Position numbers and translations under genes: made by a program
Notes under the pieces: generated by a model
Told to the model about the DNA's origin: nothing
Databases searched by the model: none
Seen by the model: only the letters and a program-made list of their open reading frames with translations
Part shown: piece after piece, positions 1-11,399 of the stretch
Layout of the letters: every line of letters begins with the position of its first letter
How positions within the stretch are numbered: position 1 is the first letter of the stretch
DNA from: Scyliorhinus canicula
Taxonomy: Eukaryota
DNA: 64,000 nucleotides
Assembly (NCBI RefSeq): GCF_902713615.1
Contig: NC_052154.1
Coordinates: 91,953,030 to 92,017,029, forward strand
Direction: 5' to 3'

Positions 1-982
1 CGAATGTTTGCAGACACGGAGTCCAGGGAGTTAGACATTCCCGCCAGGGACTGTGCGATCTCAACCTGTGTGTGCACGACGCCATCCAGCACATGTGTCA
101 GGTGGTTGATGCTCTCGGCGACTGACTGCTGCAACTGGCCAATGACCTGGTGAGACAGGGCCAAGGCCTGCAGGGCGCCGGCAATGTCGTTTTGCCTATG
201 GCACATTGCTGCCTCTGAGTGGGCAACCCTGTCCAGGGCCGAGGATGACGCGTGCATATTAACCCCAATGCCTTGCATCACCTGACCCATTGCCTCCACC
301 GCGGATGCCATCCGTGCGGTGTCGGACTGGGTCACTGCCAAGAGCGTGGACGGGGTTCGACTCCTCTAACAGCGTCTGCAGAGTCAGGAAGGCAGCCCTC
401 ATCCCGTCGTTGTTTCCCTGGGTTTCTTGAGGCATCGGCTGTGCGGGTGGGTTGAGAAACTCCAGGAACTCCGAAAACGTCTGGGAGCCAGCTGCAACCT
501 GGGCCTGGTCTGGCCTCCGAGAGTCCGGGCCCTCGGTTGCTCCGACCTCCACCTGCTGTACCTGCTCAGCTGTGTGGTGCGAACCAGACTGTGACCCAGG
601 AGACTCATCACTAAATAGGCCCGCCGGGAAGAGTGTCTCTGGGATGATGGATGTTGTGGGAGATAGCAGTGCCGCAAGCCCGATGTTGTCGCAATTTAGC
701 ACCTCCTCAATGGTGTGGGGCCGCTCAGAGTCCGGAGGGTTATCGCTGGCCATTTCCGTGGCTTGTGGTCTCGCCACCCTCTGGGCGTCCTGATCCGCAG
801 ATTGGGTTGGGGAGGATGGGACTCCCTGCTGATCGGGCACCCTCTGTCGTGCGGCCCCGGGTGAGGTGGGGGAAGATGCCTGTGTCCGTCTGCAGCCAGA
901 CAGCCCTGGTCATTTGGCATCACGTCCTAGGGAAGAGAATGAGATGGGTTATTTAGATTTGCTCGGCAGGCCGCTGGACGGT

Positions 983-1207
983 CCCAGTGGGCAGCGTGTG
1001 AAGGGACAGAGGATGGGGGAGGTATCCCAGTGGGCAGGGTGTGTGAAGGGACAGAGGATGGGGGAGGTATCCCAGTGGGCAGGGTGTGTGAAGGGACAGA
1101 GGATGGGGGAGGTATCCCAGTGGGCAGGGTGTGTGAAGGGACAGAGGATGGGGGAGGTATCCCAGTGGGCAGGGTGTGTGAAGGGACAGAGGATGGGGGA
1201 GGTGTCC
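983..1207 (+). repeat. 45-bp minisatellite, ~5 units, in intron 2 of the Myb gene; one further partial unit at ~1563-1604 beyond the SINE
   Basis: Unit ccagtgggcagggtgtgtgaagggacagaggatgggggaggtatc; produces the 15-aa periodic shadow ORFs. Confidence 0.95.
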
Positions 1208-1212
1208 AAGTT

Positions 1213-1561
1213 GGCAGCATGGTAGCATGGTGGTTAGCATAAATGCTTCACAGCTCCAGTGTCCCAGGTTCGATTCCCGGCTGGGTCACTGTTTGTGTGG
1301 AGTCTGCACATCCTCCCCGTGTGCGCGTGGGTTTCCTCCGGGTGCTCCGGTGTCCTCCCACAGTCCAAAGATGTGCGGGTTAGGTGGATTGGCCGTGCTA
1401 AATTGCCCGTAGTGTCCTAAAAAGTAAGGTTAAGGGGGGGGGGGGGTTGTTGGGTTACGAGTATAGGGTGGATACGTGGGTTTGAGTAGGGTGACCATTG
1501 CTCGGCACAGCATCCAGGGCCGAAGGGTCTGTTCTGTGCTGTACTGTTCTATCTATCTATC
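1213..1561 (+). mobile_element. tRNA-derived SINE with CR1-type 3' tail
   Basis: A-box-like tagcatggtgg (1223-1233), B box ggttcgattcc (1267-1277), central cctccgggtgctccgg domain, tail gggccgaagggtctgttctgtgctgta plus (ctat)n. Confidence 0.9.
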
Positions 1562-3088
1562 TTAAGTGGGCAGGGTGTGTGAAGGGACAGAGGATGGGGG
1601 AGGGGTGGGTGTTTGTCAAGGAGGGTTGTCTCACTTGTTGCAGCTCTGCCAACCTCGCACAGCGTGACATCCCGGCTGGCAGACCCCCCAACAAGATCCA
1701 GTGCCCTCTGCTCAAAGGTGGTGAGGGGGTGCAGTTTGGGCGAACCCCCTCCAGTCTTGTGCCGCTCACGGTTGTTGTGAGCGGACTTGGCCTGTTGGGG
1801 GAGGGTACATAGGTAGATCATTACAATACGGCAGGTATCAGCAGTCCGTTCAGATACTGGCACAGTTTGGGGGTCAAGTTGTCATAAGACGATTGCATCT
1901 CTCCACGGGGCCAGAGTGCTGGGTCTGTGACAACTTTGTGAACCACCCTCAAATAACTCTGCCCCAATCCCCCTCCACCCCCCCGTGCCAGGGGGGGAGG
2001 TGGGTGATTAAGTAAATGGGGGGGGAGGGATGGTTGTGACCAGGGGGCACCTTCTTGGCACTTACCCTGGCAGCCCTGGTGAGGTAGTGAAGCTTTTTCC
2101 GGCACTGCTCTGCAGAGCGAGGGGTCTGCCCCACAGCACTGACGGCAGCAGCCACCTCACGCCAGGCCTGGCGTACCACGCTGGCAGGTTGGCGATGCCC
2201 TCTCCGCAGGCGGATGATGCCCCTCCTGTGCTCGACAGCATCGAGCAGCGTCTCGACATCGGCCTCCACAAAACGAGGTGCAGCTCTCCTGGGCTCGGAC
2301 ATCATGGACTACAGATTCTGTGCTCGCCCGCGCCTTTTTACGGCGTCGGGCGGCGTCATGTGGGCGTGATCGTGTCGTCGCCGCATTCTGTCGTCATCGC
2401 GCCCATGATAGACGCGGCCGCGTTACTAGCCCATTTCCCGGAAGTGAATACGTCGGGAAATGGACCCTTCCCGACCGTCGTAAAACGCGCCCGTTTTTAC
2501 GACAATTTCACGATTTTTCGCGGGTGCGGAGAATCGCACCCAGCGTCTCTGCGACACAGTGCACCACCGGTCGGAATTCACTGTTTTTGAGAATTAGGGC
2601 TGGATACTGCACACCCCAACACCAAAATCGTGATGAGCAACAGAGCGGAAAATCCAGACTCCAGCATGAAATTGGGACATGTGCGGGTTCAGCGATTCTC
2701 AGGCCGTGCACACTCACCATGACCAAGCAGAGGGCTCAGCACTTTGTCGGTGGCCCAGCTGAAAGGGAGTTTGCTGGGGTGGAGTACTGTAATGTGCGGG
2801 CAACTGAGACCCTGCCAAGTTTATGATTGATCTTGACATATCAGCGAAGAGACGCCGAGGACACTATCTGGTGCACACCACAAATCGCATCCAGTTCAGC
2901 AGGTGGAGGTAGGAGCTCTCAAGAGGCCGGACGGTCAGAGGGCAGGCTTGCCCAGGAACGGTCCAGACATGGCCTTGACGTCTGGAACATCCAGTCCCAA
3001 TAGTCCAGATGCAATCAGCGACACAGGGAATGCAAGAGGGGACTACGGCGGGCATACAGCACCTGTGCACAGAGATGCATGTCCAACT

Positions 3089-5067
3089 ACATAAGAACTA
3101 AGAGCAGGAGTAGGCCATCTGGCCCCTCGAGCCTGCTCTGCCATTCAATGAGATCATGGCTGATCTTTCATGGCCTGAGCTCCACTTTCCAGTCCGAACT
3201 CCATAAACCTTAATCCCATTATTGTTAAAAAATCTATCTATCTTTACCATAAAAACATTTAATGAAGGAGCCTGAACTGCTTCACTGGGCAAGGAATTCC
3301 ATAGATTCACAACCCTTTGGGTGAAGATGTTCCTCCTCAACACAGTCTTAAATCTACTTCTCCTTATTTTGAGACTATGCCCCCGAGTTCTGCTTTCACC
3401 CGCCAGTGGAAACAAACTGCCAGCATCTATCCACACTATTCCCTTCATAATTTTATATGTTTCTATAAGATCCCCCCTCATCCTTCTAAATTCCAACGAG
3501 TACAGTCCAAGTGTATTCAAACTCTCCTCGTAATCCAACCCCTTCAGGTCCGGGATTAACCTTGTGAATCTCCTCTGCACACCCTCCAGTGCCAGTATGT
3601 CCTTTCTCAAGTAAGGAGACCAAGGCTGAACACAATACTCCAGGTGTGGCCTCAATAACATCTTATACAATTGCAGCATAACCTCCCTAGTCTTAAACTC
3701 CATCCCTCTAGCAATGAAGGATAAAATTCCATTTGCCTTCTTAATCACCTGTTGCACCTGTAAAGCAACTTTCTGTGATTCATGCACGAGCACACCCAGG
3801 TCTCTCTGCACAGTAGCATGCTTTAATATTTTATTGTTCAAATAATAATCCCGTTTGCTGTTATTCCTACCAAAATGGTATCCTCATATTTGTCAACATT
3901 TTATTCCATCTGCCAGACCCTTGCCCATTCAATTAACCTATCCAAATCCCTCTGCAGACTTCCAGTATCCTCTGCACTTTTCGCGCGTTATCACTCATCT
4001 TAATGTCATCTGCAAAGTTGGACACATTGCCCTTGGTCCCCAACTCCAAATCATCTATGTAAATTGTGAACAATTGTGGGCCCAACACGGATCCCTGAGG
4101 GACACCACTAGCTACTGATTGCCAACCAGAGAAACACCCATTAATCCCCACTCTTTGCTTTCTATTCATCAACCAATCCTCTATCCATGCTATTACCTTA
4201 CCCTTAATGCCATGCTTCTCTATTTTTGGCAGCAACCTTTTGTGTGGCACCTTGTCAAAGGCTTTCTGGAAATCCAGATATACCACATCCATTGGCTACC
4301 CGTTATCTACTGCACTGGTAATGACCTCAAAAAATTCCACTAAATTAGTTAGGCACGACCTGCCCTTTATGAACCCATGCTGCGTCTGTCCAATGGGACA
4401 ATTTCTATCCAGATGACTCGCTATTTCTTCCTTGATGATCGATTCCAGCATCTTCCATACTACCGAAGTTAAGCTCACTGGCCTATAATTTCCTGCTCTC
4501 TGCCTACCTCCTTTTTTAAACAGTAGTGCCACGTTTCCTAATTTCCAATCGACTGGGACCACCCCAGATTCTCGTGAATTTTGGTAAATCATCACTAGTG
4601 CATCTGCAATTTCCCTAGCCATCTCTTTTAGCACTCTGGGATGCATTCCATCAGGTCCAGGAGACATTTCTACGTTTAGCCCCATTAGCTTGCCCATCAC
4701 TACCTCCTTAGTGATAACAATCCTCTCAAGGTCCTCACCTGTCATAGCCTCTTTTCTATCAGTCGCTGGCATGTTATTCGTGTCTTCCATGTGAAGACCG
4801 ACCCAAAAAACCTGTTCAGTTTTTCAGCCATTTCCTCATCTCCCGTTATTAAAACTCCCTTCTCATCCTCTAAAGGACCAATATTTAACTTAGCCACTCT
4901 TTTTCGTTTTATATACTTGTAAAGATTTTTACTGTCTGTTTTTATATTCTGAGCAAGTTTATTCTCGTACTCTATCTTACTCTTCTTTATAGCTTTTTTA
5001 GTAGCTTTCTGTTGCTCCCTAAAGATTTCCCAGTCCTCTCGTCTCCCAACAATCTTTGCCACTTTAT
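3089..5067 (-). mobile_element. 5'-truncated CR1 LINE (RT and C-terminal part of ORF2, frameshifted)
   Basis: [55 protein letters not shown] and RPHLEYCVQ motifs; 3' tail reads acataagaac on +. Confidence 0.95.
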
Positions 5068-6737
5068 ATGCAGGAGCAGGGGGTGGTGCCGGCCATGCAT
5101 GCCATGTAGGCCCACACTGCATGGGTGGCGTCCATGGTGGAGCCAATGGGGCGACGGTTTCAGCCACGGATCATTATGTCCAAGGTCCTGGGCATTCTGT
5201 GAATTCTGTGCAGGTCCCAGTCACAGCAGGCCATGGCTATGAACGTCAGAAGATTTGCCCCACTCTGGCCGCCATGGAGCAGACACTGGAGGAGTTGGCC
5301 CAGTCTCTGAGTGAGGTGGCCTAGTCCCAGAGCGAGATGGCCCAGTGCCAGAGGGAGGTGGCCAAGTCACTGGCTGATGTTGCAGAGATACACAGTCGCA
5401 GCGTGATGTTGTGCAGTCCCTGATGGAGATGATCCACTCAGTTTGCTCCATGGCTGCAAGCATGCAGGCCTTGGTAGAGACCAGAGCGGGCCTCCAGAAC
5501 TGGCTTTGGCAGGTGACATTGGGCGATCTCTGGGGATGGCTATGGTCGCATCCCCCTCCAATGAGTAGACTGGGGGCCATCAGGCACCCCGAGGGACGAG
5601 GAGGTGATGGGGCACGTGCTGGTGAACCCGCCAGGGAGCAACACACCGGACTCCCCCCCCCCCCCACCCCCCATGCTGGCCGTCGTGCATCTGCTGCGCA
5701 GCGGGAGGAATAGGGTGTCATCACGCCACCCAGACCACTGGTGCAGTGGCCGGCGATACTAGGTCGGGTCGCACCAAACGAGGTAGTAGTTGCATGTCAG
5801 GAGTCACAGCAGGGTGCCTCCACTCGTACTGTATGGTATGGGGAACGACCTAGGCACAGTGTTAGGGCCCACAACTCTAGAAACTTAGACACCAGTTAAG
5901 TTGGCATGGGTGCTGTGTACAATTAAGAAATAGAGGCGAGGGCACAGACTGTACGTATTTGCTGAAAATAAACACTTACAACAACCGTTTCAATGTGCCT
6001 TGGTGCTCTGTCAGATAGACCGTGGGGGTGGCCTGTTACAGGCTTGCAGAGGGTGGGGGGGGGGGAGGCGGCGGACTGTACAGGCGTTTAGCAGGACCGG
6101 GCTCCTCACCCTATTCCCCCATGCCCCAGTGAACCGACAATCCCAAGCAAGCACACCACAGGGATTCCGGACGACCTTGAGGTGGAACGGCCTACTCGTA
6201 TGCAGGCATCAACCAGGTGGATGGTTCAACCGTGGGCATGGCTCAGAATTTGTCATATGATGTGAAGCACCATAGGTCATCGTAGAGCGGGTTGTCATCT
6301 TCCTCCATCCCATGGACCTGACCCTTTGCTACTGCCAACTCAGCACTCCCAGCTCATAGCGCTGCAGGTATCTATACATTTTTCATAGCATTTACAGTGC
6401 AGAAGGAGGCCATTCGCCCCATCGAGTCTGCACCGGCTCTTGGAAAGAGCATCCTACCAAAAATGGTCTCCGTGATGGCACACATGCACCGGTGCACCGA
6501 GCACTGTGAGATTCGGGGCAGATCCCCACTTGGTCACTGGAATGACCCGGAGGCACAGAGATTCAGGGCGACCTTCACCTTGATGATAACCACCATTTGG
6601 TGTCCTGCCCCATTCCTCTAACGTGTCAGGTGTGTCATCATATGGCAGCTGTGTCACACTCTCTCTGCTCATCCAGAGTCTGTGAATTAATGCAAGGTCT
6701 GGCATTTCCTCGAATGACTGGTGCTGCCAGTACACAT

Positions 6738-6766
6738 GATAGATAGATAGATAGATAGATAGATAG
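6738..6766 (+). repeat. (GATA)7 microsatellite forming the CR1 tail; (GATA)11 in copy B at 41087-41131
   Basis: Direct count of units. Confidence 0.95.
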
Positions 6767-6814
6767 AGAAATACAGCACAGAACAGGCCCTTCGGCCCAC
6801 GATGTTGTGCCGAA

Positions 6815-7048
6815 CTTTTGTCCTAGGTTAATCATAGAATTTTGGACACGAAGGGCAATTTATCATGGCCAATCCACCAAACCTGCACGTCGTTGGACTG
6901 TGGGAGGAAACCAGAGTACCCGGAGGAAACCCACGCACACACGGGGAGGATGTGCAGACTCCACACAGACTCCACCCAAGTTGGAATCGAAACTGGGACC
7001 CTGGAGCTGTGAAGCAATTGTGCTATCCACATTGCTACCATGCTGCCC
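6815..7048 (-). mobile_element. tRNA-head SINE body embedded in the 3'UTR of the full-length CR1 (copy B ~41180-41413)
   Basis: Minus strand reads gggcagcatggtagcaatgtggatagc...cagtttcgattcc...cctccgggtactctgg between the end of ORF2 and the LINE tail. Confidence 0.85.
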
Positions 7049-9977
7049 TTAGGAAGAAATTAATCTACACTCTATTATTCTACCCTAATCCATGTACCTA
7101 TCCAATAGCTGCTTGAAGGTCCCTAACTTTTCTGACTCAACTACTTCCACAGGCAGTGCATTCCATGCCCCCACTACTCTCTGGGTAAACAACCTACCTC
7201 TGACATCCCCTCTATATCCCCTCTATATTTAACTTAAATTTATGTCCCCTTGTAATGGTTTGTTGCACCCGGGGAAAAAGTCTCTGACTGTCTACTCTAT
7301 CTATTCCCCTGATCATCTTATAAACCTCTATCCAGTCGCCCCTCATCCTTCTCCGTTCTAATGAGGAAAGGCCTAGCACCCTCAACCTTTCCTCGAAAGA
7401 CCTATTCTCCATTCCAGGCAATATCCTGGTAAATCTCCTTTGCACCTTTTCCAAAGCTTCCACATCCTTCCGAAAATGAGGTGACCAGAATTGCACACAG
7501 TACTCCAAGTGTGGCCTGACCAAGGTTTGTACAGCTGCATCATCACCTCACGGCTCTTAAATTCTATCCCTCTGCTAATGAACGCTAGCACACCATAGGC
7601 CTTCTTCACAGCTCTATCCAGTTGAGTGGCAACTTTCAAAGATCTATGAACATAGACCCCAAGATCTCTCTGCTCCTCTACATTGTCAAGAACCCTACCG
7701 TTAACCTTGTATTCTGCATTCATATTTGTCCTTCCAAAATGGACATCCCCACCCTTACCAGGGTTACACTCCATCTGCCACTTCAAAACCCAGCTCTGCA
7801 TCCTATCTATGTCTCTTTGAAGCCGACAACAGCCCACCTCACTATCCACAACTCCACCAATCTTCGTATCATCTGCAAATTTACTGACCCACCCTTGAAC
7901 TCCCTCATCCAAGTCGTTAATGAAAATCTCAAACAGCAGAGGACCCAGAACTGATCCCTCCAGTACGCCACTGATAACTGGGCTCCAGGCTGAATATTTT
8001 CCATCCACTACCACTCTCTGTCTTCTATCGGTTAGCCAGTTCGTTATCCAACTGGCTAAATTTCCCAGTATCCCATGCCTCCTTATTTTCTGCGTACGCC
8101 TACCATGGGGAACCTTATCAAATGCTTTACTAAAATCCATGTAGACTACATCCACTGCTTTACCTTCATCCACATGCTTAGTCACCTCCTCAAAGAAGTC
8201 AAAAGACTTGTAAGGCAAGACCTACCCCTCACTAATCCGTGCTGACTATCCCTAATCAAGCAGTGTCTTTCCAGATGCTCAGAAATCCTAACCCTCAGTA
8301 CCCTTTCCATTACTTTGCCTACCACCAAAGTAAGACTAACTGGCTTGTAATTCCCTGGGTTATCCCTATTCCCTTTTTTGAACAGGGACACGACATTCGC
8401 CACTCTCCAATCCTCTGGTACCACCCCTGTTGACAGCGAGGACGAAAAGATCATTGCCAACGGCTCTGAAATGTCATTTCTTGCTTCCCATAGAATCTTT
8501 TGATATATCCCGTCAGGCCCGGGGGACTTGTCTATCCTCAAGTATTTCAAAACGCCCATCACATCTTCCTTCCTAACAATTATCTCCTGCAGCTTACCAG
8601 TCTGTTTCACACTGTCCTCTCCAACAACATGGCCCCTCTCGTTTGTAAAAACTGAAGAAAAATACTTGTTCAAGACTTCTCCTATCTCTTCAGCCTCAAT
8701 ACACACGATCTCCCGCTACTGTCATTGCTCGGACCTACCCTCGCTCTAGTCATTCTCATATTTCTCACATATGTGTAAAAGGCCTTGGGGTTTTTCTTGA
8801 TCGTACCCACCAAATATTTTTCATGCCCTCTCTTAGCTCTCCTAATCCCTTTCTTCAGTTCCCTCCTGGCTATCTTGTATCCCTCCAGCGCCCTGTCTGA
8901 ACCTTGTTTCCTCAGCCTTACATAAGTCTCCTTCCTCCTCTTAAAAAGACATTCAACCTCTCTTGTCAACCATGATTCCCTCACTCGACCATCTCTTCCC
9001 TGCCTGACAGGGACATACATATCAAAAACACGCAGTACCTGTTCCTTGAACAAGTTCCACATTTCACTTGTGTCCTTCCCTGACAGCCTATGTTCCCAAC
9101 TTATGCACTTCAATTCTTGTCTGATAGCATTGTATTTACCCTTCCCCAATTGTAAACCTTGCCCTGTTTCACACACCTATCCCTCTCCATTACTAACGTG
9201 AAAGTCACAGAATTGTGGTCACTACCTCCAAAAGGCTCCGCCACTAACAAATCTATTACCTGCCCTGGTTCATTACCAAGTACCAAACCCAGTATGGTCT
9301 CCCCTCTGGTCGGCAATCTACATACTGTGTTAGAAAAGCTTCCTGGACACACTGCACAAACACTACCCCATCCAAACGACTTGATCTAAAGAGTTTCCAC
9401 TCAATGTTTGGGAAGTTAAAGTCACCCATGACTACTACCCTGTGACTTCTGCACCTTTCCAAAATCTGTTTCCCAATCTGTTCCTCCACATCTCTGCTGC
9501 TATTGGGGGGCCTATAGAAAACTCCCAACAAGGTGACTGCTCCTTTCCTATTTCTGCCTTCAACCCATATTACCTCAGTAGGCAGATCCCCCTCTAGCTG
9601 CCTTTCTGCAGCTGTTATACTATCTGTCATTAACAATGCCCCACCCCCCACCTATTTTACCATCCTCCCTAATCTTGTTGAAACATCTATAACCAGGTAC
9701 CTCCAACAACCATTTCTGCCCCTCTTCTATCCAAGTTTCCGTGATGGCCACCACATCGTAGTCCCAAGTTCCGATCCATGCCTTAAGTTCACTCACCTTA
9801 TTCCTGATGCTTCTTGCATTGAAGTATACACACTTCAACCCATCTCCTTGCCTGCAAGTACTCTCCTTTGTCAGTGTTACCTTCCCCACTGCATCACTAC
9901 GTGCTTTGGCATCCTGAATATCTGCTTCCTTAGTTGCTGGACTACAAATCCGGTTCCTATTCCCCTGCCAAATTAGT

Positions 9978-10898
9978 TTAAAACCCTCCCATAAGAGTAC
10001 TAGAAAACTTCCCGCCCAGGATATTGGTGCCCCTCTGGTTCAGATGCAACCCGTCCTGCTTGTACAGGTCCCACCTTTCCCAGAATGTGCTCCAATTATT
10101 CAAATACTTGAAGCCCTCCCTCCTCCACCATTCCTGCAGCCACGTGTTCAACTGCTCTCTCTCCCTATTCCTAGCCTCGCTATCACGTGGCACCGGCAAC
10201 AAACCAGAGATGACAACTCTGTCTGTCCTGGCCTTTAACGTCCAGCCGAACTCCCTTAACTTGTTCATTACCTCCACACCCCTTTTCCTACTTACGTCGT
10301 TGGTACCAATGTGCAGCACGACTTCTGGCTGCTCATCCTCCCCCTTCAGGATCCTGAAGACACGATCCGATCCCTGGCACCCGGGAAGCAACATACTTTC
10401 CGGGAGTCTCGCTCGCGACCACAGAATCTCCTATCTATTCCCTTAACCATTGAATCTCCTATTACTATTCCTTTTCTATGCTCCCCCTTCCCTTCAGAGC
10501 CCCAGAGCCAGATTCAGTGCCAGAGTCCTCGCCGTTAGGGCCTTACCCCGGTAGGTCATCCCCCCAACAGCATCCTAAACAGTATACTTGTTTTGAAGGG
10601 GAACGGCCACGAGGGATCCCTGCACTGTCTCCCTGTTAGTTTTCTTTTCCCTGACTGTAACCCAGCTATTCTTGTCCAGTACCTTGGGTGTGGCTACCTC
10701 CCTGTAACTCTTCTCGATACCCCCCTCTGCCTCCCGGATGATCCGAAGTTCATCCAGCTCCAGCTTTAATTCCCTAACACGGTCTCTGAGGAGCTGGAGT
10801 TGGGTGCACTTCCCGCAGGTATAGTCAGCGGGGACACCAGTGGTATCCCTCACCACCCACATCCGACAGGAGGAGCATGCAACTGCCCTAGCCTCCAT
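9978..10898 (-). pseudogene. CR1 ORF1 (Cys-cluster, coiled coil, SGNH esterase), broken into pieces
   Basis: ORFs 10575-10898 and 9978-10394; the esterase domain is an established feature of CR1-clade ORF1. Confidence 0.85.
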
Positions 10899-11399
10899 CC
10901 CCTCTTACTTTACATAATTAGATGCCCCGAATACCAACTGGACCTCCGCCCTCCGACTCTGCTTCCAGTCAGCTGTACTCTAAACGCCTGGCTCCCTCCA
11001 CGCTATTTGATAAATATAGGAAATGAAATACAAGGAGCACCTTACTCCCTCTTCACCTAACTCTCTCAGTCACCAAACTCTCACTGTAGCACTCAAATGC
11101 AACCAGTTCATCACTCCAGTGCAAACCCACTGAGGTCTCATGCAGCACCTCCTTGGCGCTCCTCCTCCTTGGCCTGTTGAGCAGCCGGCTCACCAGCCGG
11201 TGAGGCTGCCACCTGCCCCTCTGCATCCCGTTCCACTGCAGCCTGTTGCTCTGTAGCCCGTCCCGTTGCTGTACACTCTGATGCTGCCCGATCCGCTGCT
11301 GCAGTTTCCCGCCACTTTTCGAGCGGTCTCGCTCATGCGGCAGCAGGGCTTCTCACAGAGCTGCCACGATCACTAGAGAGGCTACCATTACCGGTAGAA

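Larger units (their letters stand above)
1..2305 (-). pseudogene. Harbinger Myb/SANT-like DNA-binding protein gene, copy A (exons 2305-2066, 1791-1635, 926-<1)
   Basis: Exon 1 encodes MMSEPRRAAPRFVEADVETLLDAV...AWREVAAAVSAVGQTPRSAEQCRKKLHYL (SANT/trihelix). Splice sites: AGG|GTAAGT donor, CCCCCAACAG|GCC acceptor, A|GTGAGA donor, TCTCTTCCCTAG|GA acceptor. In-frame TGA early in exon 3. Confidence 0.8.
1..2541. mobile_element. Harbinger/PIF DNA transposon, right-hand part (copy A of the 30318-36897 element)
   Basis: Right TIR ggagaatcgcaccc at 2528-2541; contains the Myb/SANT gene; near-identical to 34341-36897. Confidence 0.85.
6738..11126 (-). mobile_element. Essentially full-length CR1 LINE (5'UTR, ORF1, ORF2 APE-RT, 3'UTR with embedded SINE, (TCTA)n tail); disrupted
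   Basis: ORF1: CSSCRMW...CGKC, coiled coil, SGNH-like esterase VVLHIGTND...DGLHLN. ORF2: APE LKCVYFNARSIRNK, VAITETW, VYRPPN-like FYRPPN, MGDFNFP, GSDHN; [22 protein letters not shown]. Splits Harbinger transposase between MRP and VYW. Confidence 0.95.

Noticed and set aside
866-1242. Periodic ORFs and a CRISPR-like appearance of the repeat
   Set aside because: Head-to-tail 45-bp minisatellite without spacers, in eukaryotic DNA.
1213-1290. tRNA-like sequences with A and B boxes (many copies)
   Set aside because: They are SINE heads followed by central domains and LINE-like tails, not complete tRNA cloverleafs.
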